Shown: positions 17,493 through 26,277 of the stretch, piece by piece
Layout of the letters: every line of letters starts with the position of its first letter
Position numbering within the stretch: the first letter of the stretch is position 1
Assembly: GCA_945901095.1 (NCBI GenBank)
Contig: CAMDKQ010000001.1
Span: 1 to 59,521, forward strand
From: Bifidobacterium breve
Lineage (GTDB): Bacteria > Actinomycetota > Actinomycetes > S36-B12
DNA length: 59,521 bases
Reading direction: 5' to 3'
Position numbers and translations under genes: made by a program
The notes under the pieces: generated by a model
What the model was told of the DNA's origin: nothing
The model's database searches: none
What the model saw: only the letters and a program-made list of their open reading frames with translations

Positions 17493-19415
17493 CTACTCGT
17501 CCGCGTCTGCCTCCGGATCTTCGTCTGCCTCCGGATCTTCGTCCGCACCCGGATCTTCGTCCGCACCCGGATCTTCGTCCGCACCTTGATCTTCGTCCGC
17601 ACCTTGATCTTCGTCCGCACCTTGATCTTCGTCCGCACCTAGATCTTCGTCCGCACCTAGATCTTCAGCGTCGCCACTCCCGGAGTCATCGGCATCCTCG
17701 CTACCGGCGCTGTCGCCATCAGCCGAATCCTCCACATCCATCGATCCATCGGAGGTCTCGACCGAATCATCGGACCCACCGTCAGCGCTCATGTCGGCGA
17801 GCCAGGCTAGTGCCTCTTCATTGACGTCCACAGGCTCCGCAGCCTCCTCGGTCACATCGAAATCACCGGTCTCCGGGTCGAATGCGGCCGTGCTGTCCAT
17901 GACCATGCCGTTCTCAGTCTCGTCATCAACGACGTACTCGCCGACCACGTTTCCGTCCTCATCGACGAATTCCACATCAGCGACACCCTCGTCGTCCGTG
18001 CTGATCGTCATGTCGAGGTTCTCGTCCAGCGGGAACACGACATCATTCAGACCATTGGCGACGTTGACTTCAGCGTCCGTCCAACCTTCCGAGTCAATCG
18101 TGAGAATGCCTTGCTCATCAACCATGAACTGACCTGTCGGCCCACCTGTCGACGCCACAGCACGGACGGTGGATCGCGGTGCGCCGACAGCGTCCGCCGA
18201 CATCGTGAACGGTGTCGAGTCTGAAGCACCGCCCGTTGCCCTCGGCGATGCCGAGAACGACGTCACCTTGGAGTGGTCGACCACGACTGTTGTACCTTTG
18301 CCGGACAGGACAGCACCGAGCGTTGAACGGACGAGGACACCGTCCGGAAGGTCCACAGTCGGGTCAGCCGTGTCGTAGGTGCTTCCATCGATCGTGAGAT
18401 CGAAAGACGTCTGCGCCTGCGGATCCGGCGACGTCAGGAGCAGGTGGGTCGATGCCGCATTACCTCGAGCAACCCCCTTGGCCGGCGCGTCATCGAAGGG
18501 CGCAATCGAGGGCAAGGCCCGACTAGACATCGGCGTAAGTTCTATCGTGCCGATACCTCCCTCCCAGCCATCTGTGGGCTGGTCCGGATTCGTGGAGCCC
18601 ATCGCGTAACTCCACTGCTCCGCTGCGGGATCAATCATGATGCGCTGCACAGTTCCGGGGAAGTTGTTGTCGTAGACCGAGATCGCAATCTGATCACCCT
18701 CATTGGTGACGGCGAATGGAGTAATCGCATGGCCACCAGCGGGTGAGTAGATCCCCAAGGTGTAGCCATCTCCACGCTGCAGCCCCGCCGCAAGCTCCGA
18801 CGCAATCTCACTCGGCTGGTACTCTTGAAAGGCCATGTAGGCCTCCTGAACCGGTGCGAGCATCTGCGTCGCCCACCAGGTATCGATCGCACTCGCAACG
18901 TCAGGATCCTCGAAGAGCAGATCGAATGTGGACTCAGCAGCAGGATCAAGGTCCTGCAGGTCGTCGTCGCCTCGGAAAAGCCGTGCGGCCATGACTGCCA
19001 TACCCTCGCAATGACCGCCGGCCATTGCCTCATTAACCTGCTCCGCCCATTGCTTCGCAGCCGGGTAAAGCACGCAGCGACCCTTCTTCAACGTCGCGCA
19101 CACCTCCGACGCGCCGAACAGGGCGATGAGCCCAGTCGCCTCAAGTTTGCCGGTCTCGCCCCAATTCGCGAAGCTGAATCCGTCGACTAACGGATCGAAT
19201 CCGTCATACGAACAGGTGGCCGGATCTTGCCCCGTGCAATCAGGCAACGGGTAGCTCTCGCCCCACTCCGAAGTCTCACCGGACCCGCCATTGGCGCCCG
19301 CCAATGGCGGGGCACCGGAGGAGTCCGGCGCACTCGATCCACACGCGGCCAAGACACACGTGAGCACCGCCATCGGCACGAGGACGGTCATAAGACGGGA
19401 TGTCCGAACCAGCAT
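17493..19415 (-). CDS. Large secreted lipoprotein of unknown function with an acidic repeat tail
   Basis: The lipobox signal is MLVRTSRLMTVLVPMAVLTCVLAAC-GSS, starting from the ATG at 19415 (alternative at 19391; the ORF-track start at 19511 is unlikely). The C-terminus consists of heptad repeats (DLGADE x2, DQGADE x3, DPGADE x2, DPEADE x2). GGHCEGMA and GGHAITP motifs are present. Confidence 0.7.
   Translation of the reverse strand: MLVRTSRLMTVLVPMAVLTCVLAACGSSAPDSSGAPPLAGANGGSGETSEWGESYPLPDCTGQDPATCSYDGFDPLVDGFSFANWGETGKLEATGLIALFGASEVCATLKKGRCVLYPAAKQWAEQVNEAMAGGHCEGMAVMAARLFRGDDDLQDLDPAAESTFDLLFEDPDVASAIDTWWATQMLAPVQEAYMAFQEYQPSEIASELAAGLQRGDGYTLGIYSPAGGHAITPFAVTNEGDQIAISVYDNNFPGTVQRIMIDPAAEQWSYAMGSTNPDQPTDGWEGGIGTIELTPMSSRALPSIAPFDDAPAKGVARGNAASTHLLLTSPDPQAQTSFDLTIDGSTYDTADPTVDLPDGVLVRSTLGAVLSGKGTTVVVDHSKVTSFSASPRATGGASDSTPFTMSADAVGAPRSTVRAVASTGGPTGQFMVDEQGILTIDSEGWTDAEVNVANGLNDVVFPLDENLDMTISTDDEGVADVEFVDEDGNVVGEYVVDDETENGMVMDSTAAFDPETGDFDVTEEAAEPVDVNEEALAWLADMSADGGSDDSVETSDGSMDVEDSADGDSAGSEDADDSGSGDAEDLGADEDLGADEDQGADEDQGADEDQGADEDPGADEDPGADEDPEADEDPEADADE
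17496..17668 (-). repeat. In-frame 21-bp tandem repeat (about 8-9 units) encoding the acidic tail
   Basis: The unit is GATCTTCGTCCGCACCNNG. Identical variants are clustered in blocks of 2, 2, 3 and 2 units (ctccg / acccg / accttg / acctag). Confidence 0.9.
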
Positions 19416-19593
19416 GTGAACCCCAGAAATCAAAGTAGCGTGACCGCGTGTCACGGTGCCCTTATGAGAACACGCGGCGAGGGAATACACAAGCCGCAAC
19501 CAGGAGTTCATGTAGGCCCACGAGCAACGATCCCTTTTCGAGACAGGTCGGGTATGTTGTCACCGAACTGCCACCAAAGTTGAGAGGCTGACC

Positions 19594-20328
19594 ATGCATC
19601 GACCAAAGCTCGCCGTCCAATTCGCAGCAGCCATGGCCCTCGGGGCCCTCCTGCTGTCAGGGTGCGGCGGCAGCAGTATTTCCACTGCTGCATCAGGTGC
19701 CGCCGACTCTCCCACGGTGGCTGCGACGGGTTCGTCTGCCGAGCCCGTCACCGCGGAGGACAACACGGTCACCTATAGTTCTGCCATCTTCGAGAAGATG
19801 TCCTCCGTTGCCATCGAACCAAACTGCCAGTCCCCCGCCACCTACCTCAGCGCCGACTACAGCGCAGAGGACTTCAGTTGTTCCCTCACTCTCGACCGGG
19901 TTTCCCTCTTCGATGAGGTGTGCGCCTCCAACGACCCGGCGCTCGTCTTCACAAACGACCCCGAGGCCGGGACCTGTTCGATGACATCCGACAACCCGGT
20001 TAGCGTCAAGGCTGGGTGCGATGCCATCGTCGGCGACAACACTGTCACCGCGTCGTTCGACGATGCCACCGTCAGCTGCGTCTTGACAGTGAAGCCCGAG
20101 GCGATTATCAGCGGGGCCTGTGATCCGGCCACCGTCGACCCTCTGGAGGCCAAGATTGACGGTTCCGGGCTCACCTGCACGCTTTCGCTCTCCGAGTCTG
20201 TCGTCTACGAGATCATCGCTCAGGCCGTGACTTCGGGCGACATCACCTGCGAGGACAACTCACCGCGGAACTCGCCGAGCGAGGCCTGCGTGATCGCGGC
20301 CCTCGAAGAGGTCAACGCGAAGCCGTAA
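19594..20328 (+). CDS. Cys-rich lipoprotein of unknown function
   Basis: Lipobox ALLLSGC-GGSS. Ten further Cys residues occur in a recurring [ST]-C-[STV]-[LM]-[ST] context (FSCSLT, GTCSMT, VSCVLT, LTCTLS). It is transcribed divergently from the large lipoprotein gene. Confidence 0.7.
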   Translation: MHRPKLAVQFAAAMALGALLLSGCGGSSISTAASGAADSPTVAATGSSAEPVTAEDNTVTYSSAIFEKMSSVAIEPNCQSPATYLSADYSAEDFSCSLTLDRVSLFDEVCASNDPALVFTNDPEAGTCSMTSDNPVSVKAGCDAIVGDNTVTASFDDATVSCVLTVKPEAIISGACDPATVDPLEAKIDGSGLTCTLSLSESVVYEIIAQAVTSGDITCEDNSPRNSPSEACVIAALEEVNAKP

Positions 20329-20369
20329 CCGAACGCGCGCCGCCCATAGGACCCAAAAAGAAGGCCAAT

Positions 20370-20831
20370 ATGACAGACGCATCCTCTGAGAACCCGACTC
20401 CACAGCCGGGCCCCCTTGACCCGTTGCTCGGTCCCTTGGACCCGGCCCTCGGAGCGCTCACCCCACCACCCGGAGGCGCAACCCCACCACCCGGAGGCGC
20501 AACCCCACCACCCGGAGGAGCACCGGCTCTCGCTCCGCCACCAGGGGCTCGTTACCAGACGATGGCAACGGGAAGCGGGGTCAGCAACACGTTCGGAAAC
20601 ATCGCGCTGATCTCCGCCATCCTCGGTTTCTGCTGCGTTCCATTCGTGGGTAGCGTCATCGCCATCGTCATGGGCAGGATCGGAATGGACCGGGCCAAGC
20701 GAGGTCTTGCCACGAATGGGGGCGTCGCGCAGGCCGGTTTCTGGCTTGGTGTGGTCGGCGTCGCAGGTAGCGTCATTCTCTTCTTCGTGACGATCATTTC
20801 CTCCGTCATCAATTCGCCCAGCGGCGCCTAA
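20370..20831 (+). CDS. DUF4190-like small membrane protein with a Pro/Gly-rich N-terminus
   Basis: Two TM helices surround GRIGMDRAKRG (ALISAILGFCCVPFVGSVIAIVMG ... GFWLGVVGVAGSVILFFV). The N-terminal repeat is PPPGGAT x3. Confidence 0.72.
   Translation: MTDASSENPTPQPGPLDPLLGPLDPALGALTPPPGGATPPPGGATPPPGGAPALAPPPGARYQTMATGSGVSNTFGNIALISAILGFCCVPFVGSVIAIVMGRIGMDRAKRGLATNGGVAQAGFWLGVVGVAGSVILFFVTIISSVINSPSGA
20461..20523 (+). repeat. In-frame 21-bp tandem repeat (about 3 units, CCCCACCACCCGGAGGCGCAA)
   Basis: Units 20461..20481 and 20482..20502 are identical. The third unit diverges at its end. Confidence 0.85.
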
Positions 20832-21100
20832 TTCGTCGAAGTGGACTGCTAGAGCACTTCGCTCGGTGGCGTTCGGGGCTGAGGCCGTCGCGCTTAAACG
20901 TGGCAAGGACCAGCACCCCAAAACACCGACACCGAACCGAAAACTGGCCCTCGCGCTGGCACCGATGACTATCTGCTATACGCGCCGTTCCAATTACCTC
21001 CCCGAAGTATCAACAAGACATTCAAACGTTCACCCCGGCCGCCACGTTCATCGACCGTTGAGCCCCTCGCGCGTCGTCGGTGGAAGGCTGCGTTGCATAG

Positions 21101-21219
21101 CCGGTTCGTCCACGCCCGCGCGGATGAAATGACCAAGAAGACCGTCAAATGACCACGTAAACGTACATTTCAGCCGGATTCTGGCTGAAATGACGAGGTA
21201 GCGGGGGGGTGGGAGGGGC
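21101..21219 (-). repeat. Intergenic repeat family, copy B cluster, abutting the DUF3017 gene stop codon
   Basis: A perfect 10-bp stem, CATTTCAGCC (21166..21175) and GGCTGAAATG (21183..21192), encloses the loop GGATTCT. The G-tract GGGGGGGTGGGAGGGG (21203..21218) ends at the TAA at 21222..21220. Additional half-units are GGATGAAATGACC (21122..21134) and CAAATGACC (21146..21154). Confidence 0.8.
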
Positions 21220-21549
21220 TTAGTTTGGGGCCGGCACCCAGAAGGTGAAGATCGTCAGCCCGATCCCTAGGGCTCCGAGCACCATGACATCAGTTCTGCG
21301 CGACCTCACCGCGAGCATCCCGACATCCCCATTTGGCATCATGAGTCGCAGGAACATAGCGAGCAGAACGCTAGCTGACAACACGATCGACCCGCGCCGG
21401 AAATGGTCGGTCCCGATCATGACGAGCGCCACGCCCATGCCGAAGAGCACCACGCTGATGGGCCACTGGGCGAATGACACCCGACCCCACTGCCGCGTTT
21501 GCCGGATCGGCCGGACCTGCGCAAGTCGCTCATCAGGCTCGTCGGTCAC
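21220..21549 (-). CDS. DUF3017-like small membrane protein
   Basis: 109-aa ORF with two or three TM helices. It shares a GTGA overlap with the folD stop. This pairing with folD is typical of actinobacteria (recalled from memory). Confidence 0.72.
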   Translation of the reverse strand: MTDEPDERLAQVRPIRQTRQWGRVSFAQWPISVVLFGMGVALVMIGTDHFRRGSIVLSASVLLAMFLRLMMPNGDVGMLAVRSRRTDVMVLGALGIGLTIFTFWVPAPN

Positions 21550-22391
21550 TGCCGCTCGGCCTCCTCGACCACGTTCATGATGAGCATGGCTCGAGTCATC
21601 GGACCCACGCCCCCAGGCATCGGCGCAACGAACCCCGCGACGTCCATGACATCCGGGGCGACATCGCCCACGAGACCCGAGTCGGTGCGGGTGATCCCGA
21701 CATCAAGGACAGCCGCACCGGGCCGAACGAGCTCGCTCGTGACGAGATGTGGCACCCCTGCCGCCGCAACGATGATGTCGGCACTGCGCAGGTAGTCGGC
21801 GAGATCCCTTGTACCGGTATGGCACAGGGTGACCGTGGCGTTCTCGCTTCTGCGGGTGAGGAGGAGCCCGAGTGGACGTCCCACGGTGACACCGCGACCA
21901 ACGACCACGACATGCGCCCCGGCGATCGGCACCTCGTAGCGGCGAAGGAGTGCGACGATCCCCCGGGGAGTGCAGGGCAACGGTGCATCCTGACCAAGGA
22001 CGAGGCGGCCGAGATTCATCGGGTGAAGACCATCGGCGTCCTTGGAGGGATCCATGAGCTCCAGGGTGCGGTTCGCGTCGAGTTGTCGTGGAAGAGGCAG
22101 TTGGACGATGTAGCCGGTGACGGCGGGATCTTCATTGAGCCGTCGGATCTCGTCATCGAGTTGCGCTTGCGTCGTGTCGGCCGGGAGGTCGATCCGTATC
22201 GATTCGATCCCGACCTCGGCACAATCACGATGCTTGCCGGTGACGTAGGCGTGGCTTCCGGGGTCGTCCCCCACAAGGACCGTTCCGAGGCCCGGACTCT
22301 TCCCTGCAGCATTCAGCACATCGACGCGCGCTCGCAGGGCGGCCTTTACTGCTGCCGCAGTGGCCTTTCCATCCAGAATCGTCGCAACCAT
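21546..22391 (-). CDS. folD: Bifunctional methylenetetrahydrofolate dehydrogenase/cyclohydrolase
   Basis: 281-aa ORF with the N-terminus [16 protein letters not shown] and the motifs [16 protein letters not shown] and [13 protein letters not shown]. Confidence 0.95.
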   Translation of the reverse strand: MVATILDGKATAAAVKAALRARVDVLNAAGKSPGLGTVLVGDDPGSHAYVTGKHRDCAEVGIESIRIDLPADTTQAQLDDEIRRLNEDPAVTGYIVQLPLPRQLDANRTLELMDPSKDADGLHPMNLGRLVLGQDAPLPCTPRGIVALLRRYEVPIAGAHVVVVGRGVTVGRPLGLLLTRRSENATVTLCHTGTRDLADYLRSADIIVAAAGVPHLVTSELVRPGAAVLDVGITRTDSGLVGDVAPDVMDVAGFVAPMPGGVGPMTRAMLIMNVVEEAERQ

Positions 22392-22436
22392 GCGCCCATT
22401 GTGTCGGACGTGGACGAGCGCGCCAACCCACCCACC

Positions 22437-23390
22437 TCAAGCCCGTTGGCGACGTCGCAGGGCCCCAACGGCGACCGCCATGAATGTGAGGAGGACTCCC
22501 GCAACGAGGTTCACCTTGACTCGGTTATCCCCCACCGGCACCATGACATCGAGGGCGAGCGCCGCAGTCAGTTGGCCGGCGATCGTGGTGAGCGTGAAGG
22601 CGAGGACGCCGTATCTCGGCACCGCCCATGCAGCGGTGAGGATGAACACGCAGCCGAAGACACCGCCCAGCCACATCCACCACGGCCCGGCGGTCGGCGC
22701 CGTCAACTCATCACCGAGAAGAAGGACCCCGATCGCGGTCCCGATCAGGAGTCCGAGAGTTCCGAAGACGAAGTTCAGCCAGGTTGTCGCAAGCGGATGA
22801 CGTGACGCAACCGTGATGCGACCATTGAGTCCCTGCTGCACTGTTGTCGCGGTTCCTCCGAGCAGGGCGGCCAGGATGGCTGCGAGCGAGAATCCCTCGG
22901 CATTGATCGAGCCGCTCGCAGCGACCACGACGGCGAACACCGCGATGACCGACGAGATCACCCGCGCTGTCGTGAGGGCGGTGCGGCCGTTGGGCCCGAC
23001 ACCAAGCCGATCGACGAGCAGTGCGGTCGCCGTCTGTCCAACCACGGCCCCCACCGCGAACAGCGCCACCCCGACGATCGCGACGGCGAAACTCGCGCAG
23101 GCGATGAACACTCCCCCGAGAACTCCAGCAGGCACTGCCCACCAAACAAGGGTGCCGTCACGGACGGTCCCCGGGATCCGGGCAATCGCCGCACGGATTC
23201 CACGGGAGGAGACAGCGATAACGCTGAGGATCAACAGGCCGATGATGAATGAGAACAACGCGGAGTTCACGCCATTGCCCGAGTGCTGAGTCAACTCACC
23301 ATTCGACCTCGATTGGAGCGCCGACGCCACCCCCGCGAACATGAAAATCGATGCGAGCCCAGCGGGCCCGGCACGGTGAACGGTGTTCAA
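22437..23390 (-). CDS. DMT-superfamily (duplicated DUF606/YdcZ-like) membrane transporter
   Basis: 317-aa polytopic ORF with two similar halves. A TTG start forms a TTGA overlap with the purH stop. An alternative ATG start is at 23342. Confidence 0.7.
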   Translation of the reverse strand: MNTVHRAGPAGLASIFMFAGVASALQSRSNGELTQHSGNGVNSALFSFIIGLLILSVIAVSSRGIRAAIARIPGTVRDGTLVWWAVPAGVLGGVFIACASFAVAIVGVALFAVGAVVGQTATALLVDRLGVGPNGRTALTTARVISSVIAVFAVVVAASGSINAEGFSLAAILAALLGGTATTVQQGLNGRITVASRHPLATTWLNFVFGTLGLLIGTAIGVLLLGDELTAPTAGPWWMWLGGVFGCVFILTAAWAVPRYGVLAFTLTTIAGQLTAALALDVMVPVGDNRVKVNLVAGVLLTFMAVAVGALRRRQRA

Positions 23391-24955
23391 TGGAAGAAGT
23401 GACGCGTCCCGGTGAAGTACATCGTCACCCCCGCATTCCTCGCTGCCTCGATAACGTCATCGTCACGCACCGACCCACCCGGCTGGACGACGAATCGAAC
23501 GCCTGCGTCGATGAGGACCGCGAGTCCATCCGCGAAGGGGAAGAACGCATCCGAGGATGCCACCGAACCGGCAGCACGGCCCCCCGCACGGTCGACCGCG
23601 AGTCTCGCGGAGTCGACTCGATTCACCTGACCCATCCCGATGCCGACGGCCGCACCGCCCCTAGCAAGCAGAATCGCGTTGGATTTGGCTGACCGAACTG
23701 CCCTCCACGCGAAATCCAGATCGCCCAGGGTCTGCTCGTCAGCCGGCTCCCCGCAGGCCAACCGCCATGAAGCCGGACTGTCACCATCAGCCTCGATATC
23801 GTCGACTGACTGCACGAGCACGCCACCACTGATCGATCGCATCTCGAGTCGACTCCCCGGGTGGGGGCCACCCACTTCGAGGACCCGCAGGTTCTTCTTC
23901 GTCGCCAAGAGGTTCAGGGCTGCGGGCGCGTATCCCGGGGCCACGATGACCTCTGTGAAGACGTCGATAAGTGCCTCGGCCATGGCGAGCGACACCTCAC
24001 GATTGGCTGCCACGACACCGCCGAATGCCGAGACCGGGTCGGTCTCATGGGCGAGGCGATAGGCGGCCGCGATGTCTGCACCGATCGCGATTCCGCAGGG
24101 GTTCGCGTGCTTGATGATCGCAACTGCGGGTTCGAGGTGGTCGAATGCAGCCCGCCGCGCAGCATCCGCATCGACGAAGTTGTTGTAGGACATCTCCTTG
24201 CCCTGATGCCGGAGGGCGCCTGCGACACCCTGCTCACGCGAGTGACTCAAGTAGACGGCCGCGTGCTGATGCGGGTTCTCGCCGTATCGGAGCACCGAGC
24301 CACGCTCCCATGCGGCACCTGTCCACCTCGGAAATCCTTCTCCGGTTGGATCAGGGGCAACAACGGAGCCCAGCCATGACGCCACAGCGATGTCATACGA
24401 GGCAGTATGCGCGAAGGCCTCCGCAGCCAAGCTCGCCCGTTGCTCAAGGCTGAACCCCTCGCCGCGCACTGCCTCAAGGACCGCGTCGTAGCTTCGTGGC
24501 GACGTCACGATTGCAACGTTCGCGTAGTTCTTAGCGGACGCCCGAACCATGGCCGGCCCCCCGATATCGATCTGCTCGACGCACTCGTCGATACCAGCCC
24601 CGGATGCCACCGTGTCGTTGAACGGATAGAGGTTGACGATCACGAGTTCAAACGGAGCGATGCCAAGCTCAGCCAACTCCCGCTCATGCTCGGGCTTGCG
24701 CATGTCGGCGAGGAGACCCCCGTGAATATGCGGATGAAGGGTCTTGACCCGGCCATCAAGGCTCTCAGGGAAGCCGGTGACGTCGTTCACCGCGGTCACC
24801 GGGCAGCCCGCGTCCGCAATCGTCATCGCCGTCGATCCGGTCGACACGATCTCGATCCCGGCGGCGGTAAGGCCGCGCGCGAGCACGTCGATCCCGGCCT
24901 TGTCGTACACCGACACGAGCGCCCTGCGGATCTGGCGCCTGCCCTCAGTGCTCAT
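23387..24955 (-). CDS. purH: Bifunctional AICAR formyltransferase / IMP cyclohydrolase
   Basis: 522-aa ORF with an N-terminal MGS-like domain ([13 protein letters not shown]) and a C-terminal AICARFT domain ending TGTRHFFH. It shares an ATGA overlap with purN. Confidence 0.97.
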   Translation of the reverse strand: MSTEGRRQIRRALVSVYDKAGIDVLARGLTAAGIEIVSTGSTAMTIADAGCPVTAVNDVTGFPESLDGRVKTLHPHIHGGLLADMRKPEHERELAELGIAPFELVIVNLYPFNDTVASGAGIDECVEQIDIGGPAMVRASAKNYANVAIVTSPRSYDAVLEAVRGEGFSLEQRASLAAEAFAHTASYDIAVASWLGSVVAPDPTGEGFPRWTGAAWERGSVLRYGENPHQHAAVYLSHSREQGVAGALRHQGKEMSYNNFVDADAARRAAFDHLEPAVAIIKHANPCGIAIGADIAAAYRLAHETDPVSAFGGVVAANREVSLAMAEALIDVFTEVIVAPGYAPAALNLLATKKNLRVLEVGGPHPGSRLEMRSISGGVLVQSVDDIEADGDSPASWRLACGEPADEQTLGDLDFAWRAVRSAKSNAILLARGGAAVGIGMGQVNRVDSARLAVDRAGGRAAGSVASSDAFFPFADGLAVLIDAGVRFVVQPGGSVRDDDVIEAARNAGVTMYFTGTRHFFH

Positions 24956-25515
24956 GATGTGGCTCCGATCAGTTGGGTGAGCGTCTCGACGAGCAACTCG
25001 CGCTCGACGACCTTAATCCGCTCGTGGAGGCTGGCCTCGGTGTCGCCCGGGAGTACCGGCACCGCGCGTTGGGCGAGGATCGTCCCGGTATCAACCCCTT
25101 CATCGACGACATGGACGGTGCAGCCGGTCACCTTGACCCCGTGCCGCAGCGCATCGCGAACCCCGTGCCCACCAGGGAACGACGGCAGGAGCGCCGGATG
25201 AGTATTGATAATCCGGCCGGGGAACGCGGAGACGAACACTGGGTCCAGGATCCGCATGAAACCGGCGCTCACCACCCAGTCGGGCCGACACGCCTGAACA
25301 GCTTCAAAGAATGCGGTGTCCCAGTCACCTCGCGTCGCAAACCCTCCTGGATCGACTTCGAAAGCCGCCAGCCCGGCCCTCAACGCCCTGCCGAGGGCCG
25401 GTGCATCGCTTCTATCGCTCCCGACCGCGACGATGCCCCCACCAATCGGGGAGTCGAGGAGGGCCTGCAGCAACGTGCCAGAACCCGATGCCAGCACGAC
25501 GATTCGAGGCTCCAC
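24952..25515 (-). CDS. purN: Phosphoribosylglycinamide formyltransferase
   Basis: Contains [17 protein letters not shown] and INTHPALLP motifs. I prefer the GTG at 25515 to the TTG at 25548 given in the ORF track. Confidence 0.9.
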   Translation of the reverse strand: MEPRIVVLASGSGTLLQALLDSPIGGGIVAVGSDRSDAPALGRALRAGLAAFEVDPGGFATRGDWDTAFFEAVQACRPDWVVSAGFMRILDPVFVSAFPGRIINTHPALLPSFPGGHGVRDALRHGVKVTGCTVHVVDEGVDTGTILAQRAVPVLPGDTEASLHERIKVVERELLVETLTQLIGATS

Positions 25516-25557
25516 GCTGCACGAGCCTACCGCTGGGCCGGCAGCCAATCCTTGCCG

Positions 25558-26277
25558 CTACGCGACTACTTCGCCGTTGAACTGCCGATACATATGCACG
25601 ATGAAAAGCGACGCGAACGGCAGGGTGACAAGGGTGAGTATCCCGTAGAAGACGCTTCCGAGAAGCGTGACAAGGATGCTGAAGAGGACCATGACGATTG
25701 CCGGGCCCACATTCCGGCTGATGACCGAGTAGCTCGCCTTCATTGCCTCCACCGGGCGGTAGCCCTTGTCAAGGATGAAAAACGGCCCAAGTTGGAGCAG
25801 GAACGCGACAAGGATGCCCGGAATTACGCACAGGACGAAGCCGAGGATGATGAGCCCGAGGTAGGCGAGGGAGAAGACGACATAGCGGCCGAGGTTTTCA
25901 GTCTTCAACAAGACCGTGAACTCGGGCGCGATTCCACGGCTCACGTCAAGGGCTGCGCGATAGATGCCGATCGTCGCGAGAAACGACAGGGCGATGAAGA
26001 CAAATGTCACCGCGAGGCCAACAATCGCCGCGAAGCCGACCGCTGCAGCGCAGGCATTGATCTGTCCTGGCGTCTGAGGGTCCGTGCAGTCCTCAACGAT
26101 GGCCGTGAGGGGCTGCGAGCCAATCTGCTGAATCACCTGAATCACGGCCACCACTGCCGCCAACGCGATGAACGGCAGCGGGTTCCTCTTGAAGGTATCG
26201 AATGCCCAAGAGATCGCCAGACTTACCTGCGGCCGTGGCACTGCAGAACCTGGCATGGACGTTGGCTCGTTAGACAT
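25558..26277 (-). CDS. Polytopic membrane protein of unknown function
   Basis: 239-aa ORF with multiple hydrophobic helices. It overlaps the upstream membrane protein gene by 8 nt. Confidence 0.65.
   Translation of the reverse strand: MSNEPTSMPGSAVPRPQVSLAISWAFDTFKRNPLPFIALAAVVAVIQVIQQIGSQPLTAIVEDCTDPQTPGQINACAAAVGFAAIVGLAVTFVFIALSFLATIGIYRAALDVSRGIAPEFTVLLKTENLGRYVVFSLAYLGLIILGFVLCVIPGILVAFLLQLGPFFILDKGYRPVEAMKASYSVISRNVGPAIVMVLFSILVTLLGSVFYGILTLVTLPFASLFIVHMYRQFNGEVVA

Noticed and set aside
17496-17668. Possible CRISPR array, considered because of regularly spaced 21-bp repeats
   Set aside because: The repeats are contiguous with no spacers, lie in frame inside a long ORF, and encode a coherent acidic heptad. 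This is a coding tandem repeat, not a CRISPR array.
20866-21132. An 88-aa plus-strand ORF in the gap downstream of the DUF4190 gene
   Set aside because: It has no ribosome-binding site, an Arg/Pro/Ser-rich composition, and ends inside the repeat cluster. It is probably non-coding.
22371-22380. ATCCAGAATC inside the folD 5' end, which resembles the conserved loop region of the repeat family
   Set aside because: It lies in coding sequence (the conserved FolD N-terminus TILDGK), and the flanks lack both the stem arms and the C-tract. This is a coincidence.
21474-22805. A 443-aa plus-strand ORF spanning folD and the DMT transporter gene
   Set aside because: It lies antisense to two strongly recognisable genes. 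Its Arg/Asp/Gly/His-rich, low-complexity composition is typical of off-frame ORFs in high-GC DNA, and it has no recognisable motifs.
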